From positions 11,879 to 75,878 of the forward strand of contig CACXMA010000009.1 of NCBI GenBank assembly GCA_902768665.1: a stretch of 64,000 bases of DNA. The letters are read 5' to 3'. Positions 27,814 through 37,628 of the stretch are shown here, piece after piece; within the stretch, counting starts at the first letter, position 1, and each line of letters begins with the position of its first letter. The position numbers and the translations under genes were made by a program. This DNA is from an uncultured Bacteroidia bacterium. Its GTDB lineage: Bacteria; Bacteroidota; Bacteroidia; Bacteroidales; UBA932. A model generated the notes under the pieces. That model did no database searches. It saw only the letters and a list, made by a program, of their open reading frames with translations, and was not told where the DNA came from.

Positions 27814-28455
27814 TTACGCTTCATATTCGGTCGGGTCGAAACCCGCCAGCGCCTCCTTGCGCTCGCGGCAGGTTCCGCATACGCCGCAGTGCTTCTCGCC
27901 GCCCTTGTAGCAGGAGTAGGTCAGCGAGTAATCCATGCCGAGCGAACGGCCGCGCAGCGCGATGTCCCGCTTGGTGAGATTGCAGTAGGGAGAGACGATG
28001 CGGACGCCGTTGTAGGTCCCCGCCGCGGCCGCCTTGTCGAAGGCGTCGATGAACTCGGGCCGGCAGTCGGGATAGATCGAATGGTCGCCGCTGTGGTTCG
28101 CCAGCAGGACCGTGTCGAGCTCATAGCTCTCGGCGAGGCCCGCCGCCACGGCGAGCATGATGCCGTTGCGGAAGGGCACGACCGTCGAGCGCATGTTGTC
28201 CTCGGCGTACTCCCCCGTCGGAATCTCTCCCCCGCTGAGCAGGAGGTCGCTCCGGAAATACTTCCCGATGAAATCCAGCGGAATCACCATGTGTCTGATC
28301 CCGAGCCGCTTGCAGTTCTCGACCGCAAAGGCGATCTCCCGCGCATTGTGCTTGGAACCATAATCGAAGGTCACGGCCAGCGCAATGCTGTCCCGGTATT
28401 CTTGCAGCAGGGTCGTACTGTCGAGCCCGCCGGAGTAGATAAGTATCGCTTTCAT
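27814..28455 (-). CDS. queC: 7-cyano-7-deazaguanine synthase
   Basis: SGGLDST, VPFRNGI, YPDCRPEF, TYSCY..HCGVCGTC. Confidence 0.95.
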   Translation of the reverse strand: MKAILIYSGGLDSTTLLQEYRDSIALAVTFDYGSKHNAREIAFAVENCKRLGIRHMVIPLDFIGKYFRSDLLLSGGEIPTGEYAEDNMRSTVVPFRNGIMLAVAAGLAESYELDTVLLANHSGDHSIYPDCRPEFIDAFDKAAAAGTYNGVRIVSPYCNLTKRDIALRGRSLGMDYSLTYSCYKGGEKHCGVCGTCRERKEALAGFDPTEYEA

Positions 28456-28472
28456 ATTCTCCGAAAGTTAGC

Positions 28473-28500
28473 AAAAAAAAACGGAAGGCAAAAGCCTTCC
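28473..28500 (-). terminator. Intrinsic terminator ending the left pilus operon plus the M48 gene
   Basis: Minus strand GGAAGGC-TTTT-GCCTTCC-G-T9. Confidence 0.75.
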
Positions 28501-28501
28501 C

Positions 28502-29071
28502 CTATACCAGGCGCCAGCCCTTCATCTCCCGCTGCAGGGCACGGTGATCGGGGCAGACCTCCTCCAGCAGGGCGTGGAAGCGCGGACCATGGTTCATTTC
28601 CCGCAGGTGGACCAGCTCATGGAGCAGGATATAATCCCGCAGGCGGTCCGGCAGGCGGACGATGTTGAGATTGAGGTTGATATTCCCGCGGGTGGAGCAG
28701 CTCCCCCAGTTCGAGCGGTTGTGCTTAATGAATACCTTATTATATACGAATCCATGCCGGGCGGCAAGTTCCGCCAGCCGCGGCGGCAGCGTCCGCTTCG
28801 CTTCGGCCCGCAGCCGGGCGATATAGGCGTCCGTGACAGGTTCCTGCGGGTCCGTCGCGGCATAGGCATCCTGCCGCCGGGACTGCCGCTCCAGCGTCCT
28901 TCGGACCCACTCCCGCTTCGACTCCAGGAAAGCGATGCCCGCCTTCCACGGCGTCAGCCACGGCACCGTCACGACAACCTCCCCCTTCGGCGTCACCCGC
29001 AGCCTTATATAACGGCTCCGTGCCCGCCTTTGCAGGAGCACGGAGCCGAATTCTTTGTCATCCAGATACAC
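28502..29071 (-). CDS. YgjP/DUF45 (M48-like) metallo-hydrolase
   Basis: RSNWGSCS, DYILLHELVHLREMNHGPRF; GTG start. Confidence 0.85.
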   Translation of the reverse strand: MYLDDKEFGSVLLQRRARSRYIRLRVTPKGEVVVTVPWLTPWKAGIAFLESKREWVRRTLERQSRRQDAYAATDPQEPVTDAYIARLRAEAKRTLPPRLAELAARHGFVYNKVFIKHNRSNWGSCSTRGNINLNLNIVRLPDRLRDYILLHELVHLREMNHGPRFHALLEEVCPDHRALQREMKGWRLV

Positions 29072-29078
29072 TGCTTTA

Positions 29079-31898
29079 TTACCTTCTCGTACGCGTTACG
29101 GCGCAACTTGTTCCTTCGTACATATCAAGAGCAGTTGCGGATGCGGTATAATCATAGTTATTGGTACGATATCTCATAAACACGGTTTGGGTCGCATCCA
29201 CGATGGCACTAAAGGTAAATCCCTCGTTATAATAGCGATAGGCCCAATTGCTATAAACACGCGTCCCCGTAAAACTGCCAATCTGCGAAGAGTAGGCGTT
29301 GTTAGAATAACATGTTACCGTGTTGTTACGATAGTTGGATGCATAAGTACCCGTAAACTCGACACTTTGCGCTGGAATTGTCACATAGGACCTCGTGGTC
29401 TGTGCCGTGGAGACGGGGACGAAGTCACCGTGGATGAGCTCCACGCTCACGCTGGCCGTCTGGGAACCGGAGGTCTTCAGATTCAGGGTCTTGGTGCCCT
29501 TGGACGTAGCACGGTAGTAGTACTTGCCGCCGCTCTGGATAATGTTGGCGTCGTCCGGGACGAGATTGACCAGATTCAGTTCGATATTGATTCCGCCGGC
29601 CGGCATGTCGTAGGAGTTCGGGATGGTGAACTGGAAGGTGGTCGGCCAGCCGAGACCATAGAACACCGTACTGTTGAAATTCGGGTTGGTGAAGGTCATC
29701 GGCTCGTTGGTCTTGTTGGCGTCCTCATAGTACTCAGCCTTCAGCGCGACATCATAGAACGGTGTCTCGCCCGTCGAGAGCAGGTAGAGACGATGCACGC
29801 CGGTACCGCCTTCAGGGCTGTAGACATAGTGGTTACCGCTCACATTCTGGAATACGGCGGAATTGAAGGACGGGTTGTCGTAATCCGGAACAAGACCGGT
29901 GAGATAGACGTCGACCGTCTCGGGGATGAGTTTTCCCGTATCGTGGTCGCGGTCGAGCCGGAAGGTAAACTGCACGGGATCGTCCTCGTTGACAGCACCG
30001 GCCGTGTTGAACGCCAGATCATAGAAGTAGCGCTTGACGAAGGTGTTGAAATGCGTAGAGCCCGTCGCGAAGAAGGGATTGGCCACATACACATCACTGT
30101 CGCTCTCCCCGATGATGCTCTTGAACTCGCAGGTGAACGAGGACACATTGCCGGAATAACCCGCGGTGTAGTCCGCATAGGATACGGTCTTCACAAACTG
30201 GAAGGAACTGCCGCTCTGCCCGGGTATAATGGTCTCACCCGGTTCCACGGGAAGGTCACCGGCATTCGGCGTAAGGGACTTGGCAGCCACCTCCACCTTG
30301 AACTGCAGCGGGAAAATGGAACGCGGCAGGTCCTTGGGGATGGTGACGGTAATGGTCTGTTCCGTTCCGGGCTCCGCCTCGATGACAGGGATACAGGTGA
30401 CCGTCATCGCCTGCTGCGGCAGAAGGCGGATCGTCACTTCGCGGTAGAGGCGGGAAGAGGCGGAGGTGCCGATGATACGGATCTTCTGGCTCTTCATATG
30501 GACGGGATCCACGTCCGTCGTCGTGAAGGTCAGCGTGCCCGTCGTGGGATTATAAGAGATGTCGCTCTCATCCTCGATAACGGCGCCGTTGGCATCGGGC
30601 GCAAGCAGCTCATAGGTAATCAGCGAATTGTCGACGACACCCGTGCTGACATCCGGGACGAAGGTCACGCCCAGCGTATAGGTGCCGCCGATCGGGAGCG
30701 TATCCTCCGTAAAGGACACGGAGATGGAGGATTTACCGTCAGAGATACCCGTCTGGGAAGCCGTGCTGATATCGGCCGAAATATCGGCCGAACCCGCACC
30801 GTTGACCGCACCGGCCACGGTGGATTTACCCTTTCGGTTCACCTTCTGGATATTGATCTGGTAACGGAAATTGCGGAGGATCGGCAGGTATTCGCTGCCC
30901 TCCATGAGGTCAATCTTGTAGTAGCCCTCGCTGGTATTTCCGTTGGAAGGGTCTGTATAGGTACCCTTTACGATCAGGACGGTCGCGTCGCTGACCGGAA
31001 CGGGACGCTCGTACATATAAACGGCACCGCCGGCGGCCACCACGCCACCCGTCAGGTTGGTAAAGTCAGCCTCGGTCGGGTAGGTCTTGATAATCTGTGA
31101 CTCGCCCGGGAGGTTGCCGGGATAGACAGCGGAGATGGCGTCCAGGGTCGGATACGTATCATAGTGCATCATGAACTCCCCGGTGTTGCGGTTGTACGGA
31201 GCGACGGAGCCACTATCCGGGACATTGACGACACAGAAGGAGCTGATGGTAAAGTTGGACTCGGCGACCGGCAGGGCGACGACCGTGAGTTTGGCGAAAT
31301 TGCGGATCAGCGGGACCAGCGCCATCTTATGGGTCGTACCGTCCTCGTCGAGGTCGAAGTCGGGATCCAGCGTCAGCACGGGCGGGGTCGCATAATAGCC
31401 CTCCGCCTCCTTGTCGGCATAGATGCCGTGATCGAGGATAATGCGCTGCCAGTAGGCATCCTGACCGCCGGAGCTGGTCAGCTTGGACATCACCACGGAC
31501 TCATAGTCGAACGGAAGCGAAGCCGGACCGTTCGCGATGAAATGGACGCGCACCTTGGACGAAGTGATGGAAAGCGGTACGCGGTAGCCCCGCTTGTTGG
31601 ATACGCCTTCCTGAGAGACATAACCGCCCACGGGCTCCGCAAGCTGATATTCCTTCAGGTAACCGGAACTGCCGAATACGGCAACGTGCAGGGAGGTAAT
31701 GTTCGGATTCTCTCCCAGGGCCTTCGTCTGCGGCTCCGGCATTTCCACATTGAAATACACCATGACCTTCTGTCCCTCGTAATCGATGTCGGGACGCTCG
31801 GCACGGGTATCCTCCGGCTGCTCTTCCCGCACGCAGGAAAAGGCCAGAAGCGCCATAAACAGGGCTGTGATATGCAGTATTCTTTTCATGGCTTCCAT
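29079..31898 (-). CDS. Large fimbrillin-type lipoprotein, probable tip/adhesin
   Basis: Lipobox LAFSC, QTKA motif, LIRNFAKL, YMYE, LRNFRY pilin-like motifs, multi-domain C-terminus. Confidence 0.75.
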   Translation of the reverse strand: MEAMKRILHITALFMALLAFSCVREEQPEDTRAERPDIDYEGQKVMVYFNVEMPEPQTKALGENPNITSLHVAVFGSSGYLKEYQLAEPVGGYVSQEGVSNKRGYRVPLSITSSKVRVHFIANGPASLPFDYESVVMSKLTSSGGQDAYWQRIILDHGIYADKEAEGYYATPPVLTLDPDFDLDEDGTTHKMALVPLIRNFAKLTVVALPVAESNFTISSFCVVNVPDSGSVAPYNRNTGEFMMHYDTYPTLDAISAVYPGNLPGESQIIKTYPTEADFTNLTGGVVAAGGAVYMYERPVPVSDATVLIVKGTYTDPSNGNTSEGYYKIDLMEGSEYLPILRNFRYQINIQKVNRKGKSTVAGAVNGAGSADISADISTASQTGISDGKSSISVSFTEDTLPIGGTYTLGVTFVPDVSTGVVDNSLITYELLAPDANGAVIEDESDISYNPTTGTLTFTTTDVDPVHMKSQKIRIIGTSASSRLYREVTIRLLPQQAMTVTCIPVIEAEPGTEQTITVTIPKDLPRSIFPLQFKVEVAAKSLTPNAGDLPVEPGETIIPGQSGSSFQFVKTVSYADYTAGYSGNVSSFTCEFKSIIGESDSDVYVANPFFATGSTHFNTFVKRYFYDLAFNTAGAVNEDDPVQFTFRLDRDHDTGKLIPETVDVYLTGLVPDYDNPSFNSAVFQNVSGNHYVYSPEGGTGVHRLYLLSTGETPFYDVALKAEYYEDANKTNEPMTFTNPNFNSTVFYGLGWPTTFQFTIPNSYDMPAGGINIELNLVNLVPDDANIIQSGGKYYYRATSKGTKTLNLKTSGSQTASVSVELIHGDFVPVSTAQTTRSYVTIPAQSVEFTGTYASNYRNNTVTCYSNNAYSSQIGSFTGTRVYSNWAYRYYNEGFTFSAIVDATQTVFMRYRTNNYDYTASATALDMYEGTSCAVTRTRR

Positions 31899-31901
31899 TC
31901 T

Positions 31902-34055
31902 TTAATCGGTCTGGTATCCGCCCCAGGTCGTCAGATGCGCGGAATCCGGTTCCTGTCCCCAGTACCAGGTATCGTACACGCAGCGGGGATAATGGTTGCC
32001 GCTGTTGTTGTTCCGGACCTGGGTGGAGTTGAAATCATAATACTGGACGTCCGTTTCGCTGACCGGGAAAACGACGCCGGAAGAGCACCAGTAGCCACCG
32101 GTACTGATCGCACCCGGCGTAAACAGCTGCGGAATCTTGTCCTTGGCGGACAGCTGGATAAGGAACATGATCTCCGCCTTCGTCGGGATCCGCCACCTGC
32201 CGGCAGGAAAACCGCTCTCCTGATAGGCCGCACAGCGGGTAGCTGCATATTTGTAAGAGAGGGCCTGCGTTTTACCGACGGAGGAAGCGATCATGAACTC
32301 CGGGGCGATCATGTCTTCGTTGACAGCCGAGCTCTCCATGTAGTTGCTGAGGTTGTTCAGCGTCGTAACATTGGTCGCCGTCGGCCACAACCGGGTATCT
32401 CCGATGGTATAGTTCATTCCGGCGACGCTCGTTACATGGATGCGGTAGAGGTGGGAGTTTGTATTGTCACCGCTGTCATTGATCGTATTGCGGGCTACCA
32501 GCGTACTCAGGGAGTTGTTGGAGTCGTCCCGGCCGGTAACCTGGGTGGCAGCCTGGTTGCCGGTACCGTTGAGGAAGGCGTACTTGTTGGACTGGAGTTC
32601 CTCGATGTACATGGCCGGATACTGGGTCACCACAATGTCTCCGGTCGTGTAGGTAGCATCGTCCGCATGATGGATTTCGAAGGTGAAAACATACGGCGAC
32701 GAGTCGAAGGTCGTGGTCGAGACGTCGTTGTTGAGCGTATGGTTGATCGTGAACGTACGGTCGTTGTCATTATACGTGATCCAGTTGTTGTTGCGGGCCT
32801 GGGTGGTATAATTGGTATTGCTCTTGTTGACGAAGTTGTAGTAGGTCACCGACTTGAGCGTAAGCTCCGCATCGTGCGAAGAGGTGATCTGGACATTCAG
32901 CTCGTTGGTGTTGTACATGTTGTAGGTCCGGGACGGAACGCTGATATAACGCGCATCCTTGATCTCGGCGTCGGCCTGGACAATGGTCTGCGTGTTCCAG
33001 TCCATGACATAGTACTCGCCGGGCACGGTGAGGATGGCCTCGAAGTCGTCGCCGCCGAGGATGGCCACGTCGAGACGGATGTGGTACCAGGTATTGGATG
33101 CCATATTCAGTCCCGGGCAGGGAACCTTGTAGTAGAACTGCTTCTGGCCGGCCTGCTGCCCCTGCTGGTTGAGGTAGGCCCAGGGGATGACCAGCTTGAT
33201 GAAGGGCTCGCGCTCGTCGCCGTCGTTCCAGCTCTGGGCGTAGGAATAGAACGGTGCGCAGTCATACCAGCCGTCAGCGTCGGCATCCGCCAGCGCGCGC
33301 TGGGAATAGCGGTCGAGGTTGCCCTCGTTCATCGTGACCTCGTCGCCGCCGACCACACCGTCGCTGAAGCTGTGGACCAGGTAGGCGCCCATCTGGTCCA
33401 GCAGCGGCACCCAGGTAATCTCCTGTTCCATGACCGTATCGCCGGAAGAGATGGTATTGGTGATGGTCACCGACGGAGCGATGCGGCACTCGAAAGAGAC
33501 CTTCGCGGCGGCACGGGAGAGCCTTACCGTGCCCTCAGCCGCCTTCGTCTTGTTCTTGTTGATGATGGTCGCCTTGGTGTGGCCGCACATGACAAAGTTC
33601 GTCGGAACCTCGAACCCGTTGAAGTGGGTGCTCAGCGCCAGATTGCGGAGCGTTGTCGTATCCGTATGGGCGGAGGTAATCTCCGTAGGATAATTGGCGA
33701 TGGCATACACGTCGCAGTGGTTGCCGGCGGCGGCACCCGCGAACAGGGCGCCGAGCTGGCTGGTGTTGACAAGGACGTTGTAGCTGGTACGGCCGTTCAT
33801 GCTCACGCGGCCGTGCAGATAGGCATCGGCGTTTGTCTGTCCTTCGGGATAGAGGAAATAGTCGATGGTCGTGAGGGTGTTCTCATTGTATGCATCCTCC
33901 CCGGCCTGCACCGCCTTGGTATTCTGTCCGGCGCAGACAAAGTGGAGCTGGACGCCGCCGCCTTCCAGCTCGGGCGTCCCGGTGAAAGCGGACTCCTTCT
34001 GGCAGGAAAACGCCACTGCGGCGATTGCCAAGTATGTAAAGATTCTCGTTTTCAT
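31902..34055 (-). CDS. Fimbrial tip-like lipoprotein with C-type-lectin-like C-terminus
   Basis: Lipobox VAFSC, NTKA, LSRAAAKV, WRIPTKAE...YW...RCVYD. Confidence 0.75.
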   Translation of the reverse strand: MKTRIFTYLAIAAVAFSCQKESAFTGTPELEGGGVQLHFVCAGQNTKAVQAGEDAYNENTLTTIDYFLYPEGQTNADAYLHGRVSMNGRTSYNVLVNTSQLGALFAGAAAGNHCDVYAIANYPTEITSAHTDTTTLRNLALSTHFNGFEVPTNFVMCGHTKATIINKNKTKAAEGTVRLSRAAAKVSFECRIAPSVTITNTISSGDTVMEQEITWVPLLDQMGAYLVHSFSDGVVGGDEVTMNEGNLDRYSQRALADADADGWYDCAPFYSYAQSWNDGDEREPFIKLVIPWAYLNQQGQQAGQKQFYYKVPCPGLNMASNTWYHIRLDVAILGGDDFEAILTVPGEYYVMDWNTQTIVQADAEIKDARYISVPSRTYNMYNTNELNVQITSSHDAELTLKSVTYYNFVNKSNTNYTTQARNNNWITYNDNDRTFTINHTLNNDVSTTTFDSSPYVFTFEIHHADDATYTTGDIVVTQYPAMYIEELQSNKYAFLNGTGNQAATQVTGRDDSNNSLSTLVARNTINDSGDNTNSHLYRIHVTSVAGMNYTIGDTRLWPTATNVTTLNNLSNYMESSAVNEDMIAPEFMIASSVGKTQALSYKYAATRCAAYQESGFPAGRWRIPTKAEIMFLIQLSAKDKIPQLFTPGAISTGGYWCSSGVVFPVSETDVQYYDFNSTQVRNNNSGNHYPRCVYDTWYWGQEPDSAHLTTWGGYQTD

Positions 34056-34056
34056 G

Positions 34057-35514
34057 CTAGTTCTTGGGTAGGATTACAGTCCAGTTGTCGCGGTTGACCT
34101 CCGTGTTGGCGTCATGGATGGAGCCGTCGGTGAACCGGACATAGAAATGGAACCGCAGCTTCTTGTCCGTGGAACGGTCCAGGGCCGGATCGAGGTTCGG
34201 GATGACCTGGAACGTGTAGTCGGGATTATTGCTGTCGATGATGCCCTGATTGGGGGAAATCGTGAAGTACTCCACGTCGCCGACCGGTTCGATGGACCAG
34301 ACGGCACCGGAGGGATTGACGATGCGGAAGTTGCCGGTAACGGGATTACCGCCCACGACGCGGCAGGTCTTGGAGGGCTTGTCGTAGCCTTCGTTGCCGG
34401 CGAAATCGAGCTCGCGGACCTCGGAAATCGTCTGCTCGGTGAAGGACCATTCGTTGAGGTCGTAGTTCCACGGGTTCACGGTAAAGGTCAGCTGGATATG
34501 CTTCTGTGTGAACAGGAGCGTGTAGGCATAACGGTATCCGCTCCTGAAGAAGGTCCCTTCCGGGAAACGGAGATGGGCGGTATGCTGGACATGCTCCTCG
34601 TCATTGAGGTATTCGTACACTACCGTAATGGGGTAGGTCAGGAAATTCTCCGGATCGGAAGGGGCGAGGTCTGTCTCGCTCTGGGGCCAGATGATGCGGA
34701 ATGCCGGCACATCCACGCCGCGCTGCCGGGCCAGGAGGTCGTAAGTATCATTCTCCGATAGCGTACGGGTCGCGGCCGGAAGGGCCCCGAAAAGGGCGTT
34801 GTCGATAAATCCGGCGCTGGCGGTCTCGGGATAGGTCGCCGGAAAACCGACGAAGGTGATGTCCGCGCTCTTTTTGTTCTTCAGGCCGTTGATGGTAACG
34901 CTGTGCACCAGGATCTGGTCCTGGGACTCGTTGCGAAGCAGGATGCCGACGGCGCTGAAAAGATGCTGCATGGGAAGCGGAACCGGGGTTGTTTCGCTGC
35001 GCGGCATGATATAGTTGACGGTATTGCCGTAGAGGAAATCGAACTGCGGCGACTCCGTGTTGAGTTCCTTGGCGGGAATTGTGAGGATGCGCTCCGTCGC
35101 ATCGAAGCCGCTCGCGACGGAAGAGCCGAAGAAGCTGTCGGCCGAGAGGCTCATGGCCGTGTCATAGCTCAGCCAGGCGAAGAACTGGTGCGTGCCGTCC
35201 GTCGTCCAGGGATAGGTGCGGCCCGAGTCGTAGCCCCAGATCTGCGTGCCGGAGTAGACGATTTCGTCGTCGATATACTTGTTCCCGCTCATCCAGGAAG
35301 CCGTGCCGGAGAAGCCCGTCAGCAGATCGATGACGTGGATCTTGTTGCCGTTGGTCTTGAGGCCGGCGTCGTTCAGGAGCGCCTTGGACTGCGCCCCTTC
35401 TTCCGGGAAGAGGGCGATCGTCTCGGCCACGGGGCCTTCCACCTTCTCCTTTCCGCAGGAGAAGAGAACGAGGGCGAGGGCGAATATGCTGTAAAGGAAG
35501 CTACGTCTTTTCAT
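34057..35514 (-). CDS. Fimbrillin family lipoprotein (minor pilin)
   Basis: Lipobox VLFSC, QSKA, YPW, MQHLFSAV, GYRYAYTL. Confidence 0.8.
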   Translation of the reverse strand: MKRRSFLYSIFALALVLFSCGKEKVEGPVAETIALFPEEGAQSKALLNDAGLKTNGNKIHVIDLLTGFSGTASWMSGNKYIDDEIVYSGTQIWGYDSGRTYPWTTDGTHQFFAWLSYDTAMSLSADSFFGSSVASGFDATERILTIPAKELNTESPQFDFLYGNTVNYIMPRSETTPVPLPMQHLFSAVGILLRNESQDQILVHSVTINGLKNKKSADITFVGFPATYPETASAGFIDNALFGALPAATRTLSENDTYDLLARQRGVDVPAFRIIWPQSETDLAPSDPENFLTYPITVVYEYLNDEEHVQHTAHLRFPEGTFFRSGYRYAYTLLFTQKHIQLTFTVNPWNYDLNEWSFTEQTISEVRELDFAGNEGYDKPSKTCRVVGGNPVTGNFRIVNPSGAVWSIEPVGDVEYFTISPNQGIIDSNNPDYTFQVIPNLDPALDRSTDKKLRFHFYVRFTDGSIHDANTEVNRDNWTVILPKN

Positions 35515-35515
35515 C

Positions 35516-36481
35516 CTAGTTTTCCTCCACGATAATGTTGTCACCATCATCCTGCCAGCCGACGGTAGAGGCCGTGAACGTGATGACGTTGTTCATCCCT
35601 ATATTCAGGGTGTAGATATATTTCTTTCCGGGCTCCCACTGCGTAAGGCTGCTGCCAAGCGGGATGGTAACCGGTGTATTTTCGAGTGTATAGTCCGTGC
35701 CGGAAACGCGCTGGACGATGTTGTAGCCGACCGAGATGGCGGCATTGGGTCCGAGCTCCTGCGGCAGGAAGAGATAGGCGCACACGTCGACCGTCTCGGG
35801 CTGGTTGGAGCCGTTGTAGGTAAGGGCGGTCGGTGTGCCGGACAGGGTATAATTGTGTTCGGAACCCAGGTTCTCCCAGGTGCCTTGATTGAGGTCCCCG
35901 ACGCTGTAAATGCCCTTCAGGGCAAGGGACGTCATGGACAGGGTGACGGTGCTGGTAGCCGTCGAATAGTAGTCAGAGGCCTTGACGCGGAAAACGACCT
36001 GCGACAGGGCGTGCGAGAAGGTCAGCGGGACGGAATCCGGATGATTGGCACAGTCCGCGACCGAGGCGGATGCATAGCAGAGATCGGTGGTCATCTGCGC
36101 AGCCGTCGTGATGGTGTAGTCCTCCGCTGAAACGCCGCCGGAGGTAATGGTCAGACCGGCGGATGCGGGGCTGTAAGCGATGAAGTCGAGGGAACCGCCG
36201 AGCGGCCAGAACTGGGCGTCGGTTGTCTCCCACAGGCTTAAAGTGGAAGAGTAGGCGGCGGTGAGGTCTTCAAAGTAGGCTTCGCTTGCGCTGCGATAGG
36301 CACTCACAACGAAGGACTCCTCGACGGGATAGGTCGTCCCGGCGATGATAGCCTTTGTCGCCTTGGCGGCGACGGGCGCGAAGGAAATGGAGCCAACGGG
36401 CTTGTCGACCTCCGATTTCGAGCAGGCCGATACAAGGGCGAGGCCCAACAGACAGAGTATGCGCGTAGAGAGTCTCATCAT
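35516..36481 (-). CDS. Fimbrillin family lipoprotein
   Basis: Lipobox VSAC, ATKA, FWP, FSHALSQV, WEPGKKYIYTL, C-terminal VGW donor strand. Confidence 0.88.
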   Translation of the reverse strand: MMRLSTRILCLLGLALVSACSKSEVDKPVGSISFAPVAAKATKAIIAGTTYPVEESFVVSAYRSASEAYFEDLTAAYSSTLSLWETTDAQFWPLGGSLDFIAYSPASAGLTITSGGVSAEDYTITTAAQMTTDLCYASASVADCANHPDSVPLTFSHALSQVVFRVKASDYYSTATSTVTLSMTSLALKGIYSVGDLNQGTWENLGSEHNYTLSGTPTALTYNGSNQPETVDVCAYLFLPQELGPNAAISVGYNIVQRVSGTDYTLENTPVTIPLGSSLTQWEPGKKYIYTLNIGMNNVITFTASTVGWQDDGDNIIVEEN

Positions 36482-37524
36482 TCGTCGCCGATAATAATTT
36501 CTTTGGTTTCGGTCCAGTCCGTCACGGCAGCCGCCATATAGGCATTTTCAACGCCGACTGATACCCGGAACGTATACTTGAAGTCCATCAGCCATTCCTT
36601 GCACACATCGGCAATGGAAAGGATGGAGTTTCCGGGAACCGTGTAGGTCATATCCGACACGATTTCCTTGGTGTTGGAGTCAGTAATACTCGTACGGACC
36701 ACCATATGGTGCCACTCCTCGAGCTCCGCTTCATGGGAAAGCGTCTGGGGAATCAGCAGCATGGTGGAAAGGGGATAGATAATCGGAATCTCGTAGCGGT
36801 CGCAGTGGAGCGGAAGACCTTCTTCCGTATTGCGATATACGAGGTATTCAGCCTTCTCGGACGTATCGTACAGCCAGGCGTGCTGCTCCTGCGAGAAATG
36901 GCCTTTGGAAACGATACCCCTGATCTTGACCGAGTCCAGTACGGTGGTGATGACGTTTGCCTGGATCTGGTCTCCGTTGATCCGCGAGTAGGAATAATTC
37001 GCCTGGGTGCGGGCCTTGAAACAAATCTGGCTGAGGGCGTGGTTGAACACGATCGGAACGGCGGCGGAATGGGCGTTGCAGTTCTCCGTGACCTTGGCGA
37101 AACAAAGGTCTGTCTGGGTCTCCTCGTCTGAGGTGATCGACCAGTCAGCCTCGACACCGCGCTCGGCGCTGATGGTCAGCTGCGGGATAATCGGAGAACC
37201 GGCGTAGAAGACAAGGGATCCTTTCTTCGGCCAGGTATACTCGTGGAACGGCTTCCAGGTCGCTTCCTCGAAATAGTATTCAACCCTTTCACTAGACATG
37301 AAAGGCCTGCCGGGCTTGTCGAGCCCGTCGGGATAGTAGACCGCCTCCACGACAAACGGCTCGTCGAGCGGGTAGTTCGTCGTCGTAATGATGCTCTTGA
37401 CCGAGTGCGAGGCTACTGCGGAGAATACCATGCTCTCGTCAGGGACGTAGCCGGTATAATTATTTGCGCAGGAGCTTGCCGTCACAAGGATCAGAAGCAG
37501 TATGCGGGACAGTCTTCTATACAT
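36478..37524 (-). CDS. Fimbrillin family lipoprotein
   Basis: Lipobox ASSC, SVKS, YTWP, FNHALSQI, VTDW. Confidence 0.85.
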   Translation of the reverse strand: MYRRLSRILLLILVTASSCANNYTGYVPDESMVFSAVASHSVKSIITTTNYPLDEPFVVEAVYYPDGLDKPGRPFMSSERVEYYFEEATWKPFHEYTWPKKGSLVFYAGSPIIPQLTISAERGVEADWSITSDEETQTDLCFAKVTENCNAHSAAVPIVFNHALSQICFKARTQANYSYSRINGDQIQANVITTVLDSVKIRGIVSKGHFSQEQHAWLYDTSEKAEYLVYRNTEEGLPLHCDRYEIPIIYPLSTMLLIPQTLSHEAELEEWHHMVVRTSITDSNTKEIVSDMTYTVPGNSILSIADVCKEWLMDFKYTFRVSVGVENAYMAAAVTDWTETKEIIIGDE

Positions 37525-37557
37525 ATTTAATATAAAAGGCGGATTGTCTTTTTGTTT

Positions 37558-37592
37558 CCCCGTCCCGGACGGGGCCCAAACGGCCCCGTCCG
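37558..37592 (-). promoter_or_regulatory. Intra-operon GC hairpin after the major pilins (left operon)
   Basis: CGGACGGGGCC/GGCCCCGTCCG stem (37566-37592); alternative partner CCCCGTCC at 37558. Confidence 0.6.
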
Positions 37593-37628
37593 ATCGGAGA
37601 ATATTATAAACAATCGATTCTCAAGCCA

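Noticed and set aside
27814-28455. QueC-based defence system (QatABCD or Dpd)
   Set aside because: Canonical QueC length and motifs, no defence partner genes adjacent
28502-29071. M48-like protein as pilin maturase
   Set aside because: Starts 7 nt after the tip gene, but has no signal peptide and is YgjP-like; likely a passenger
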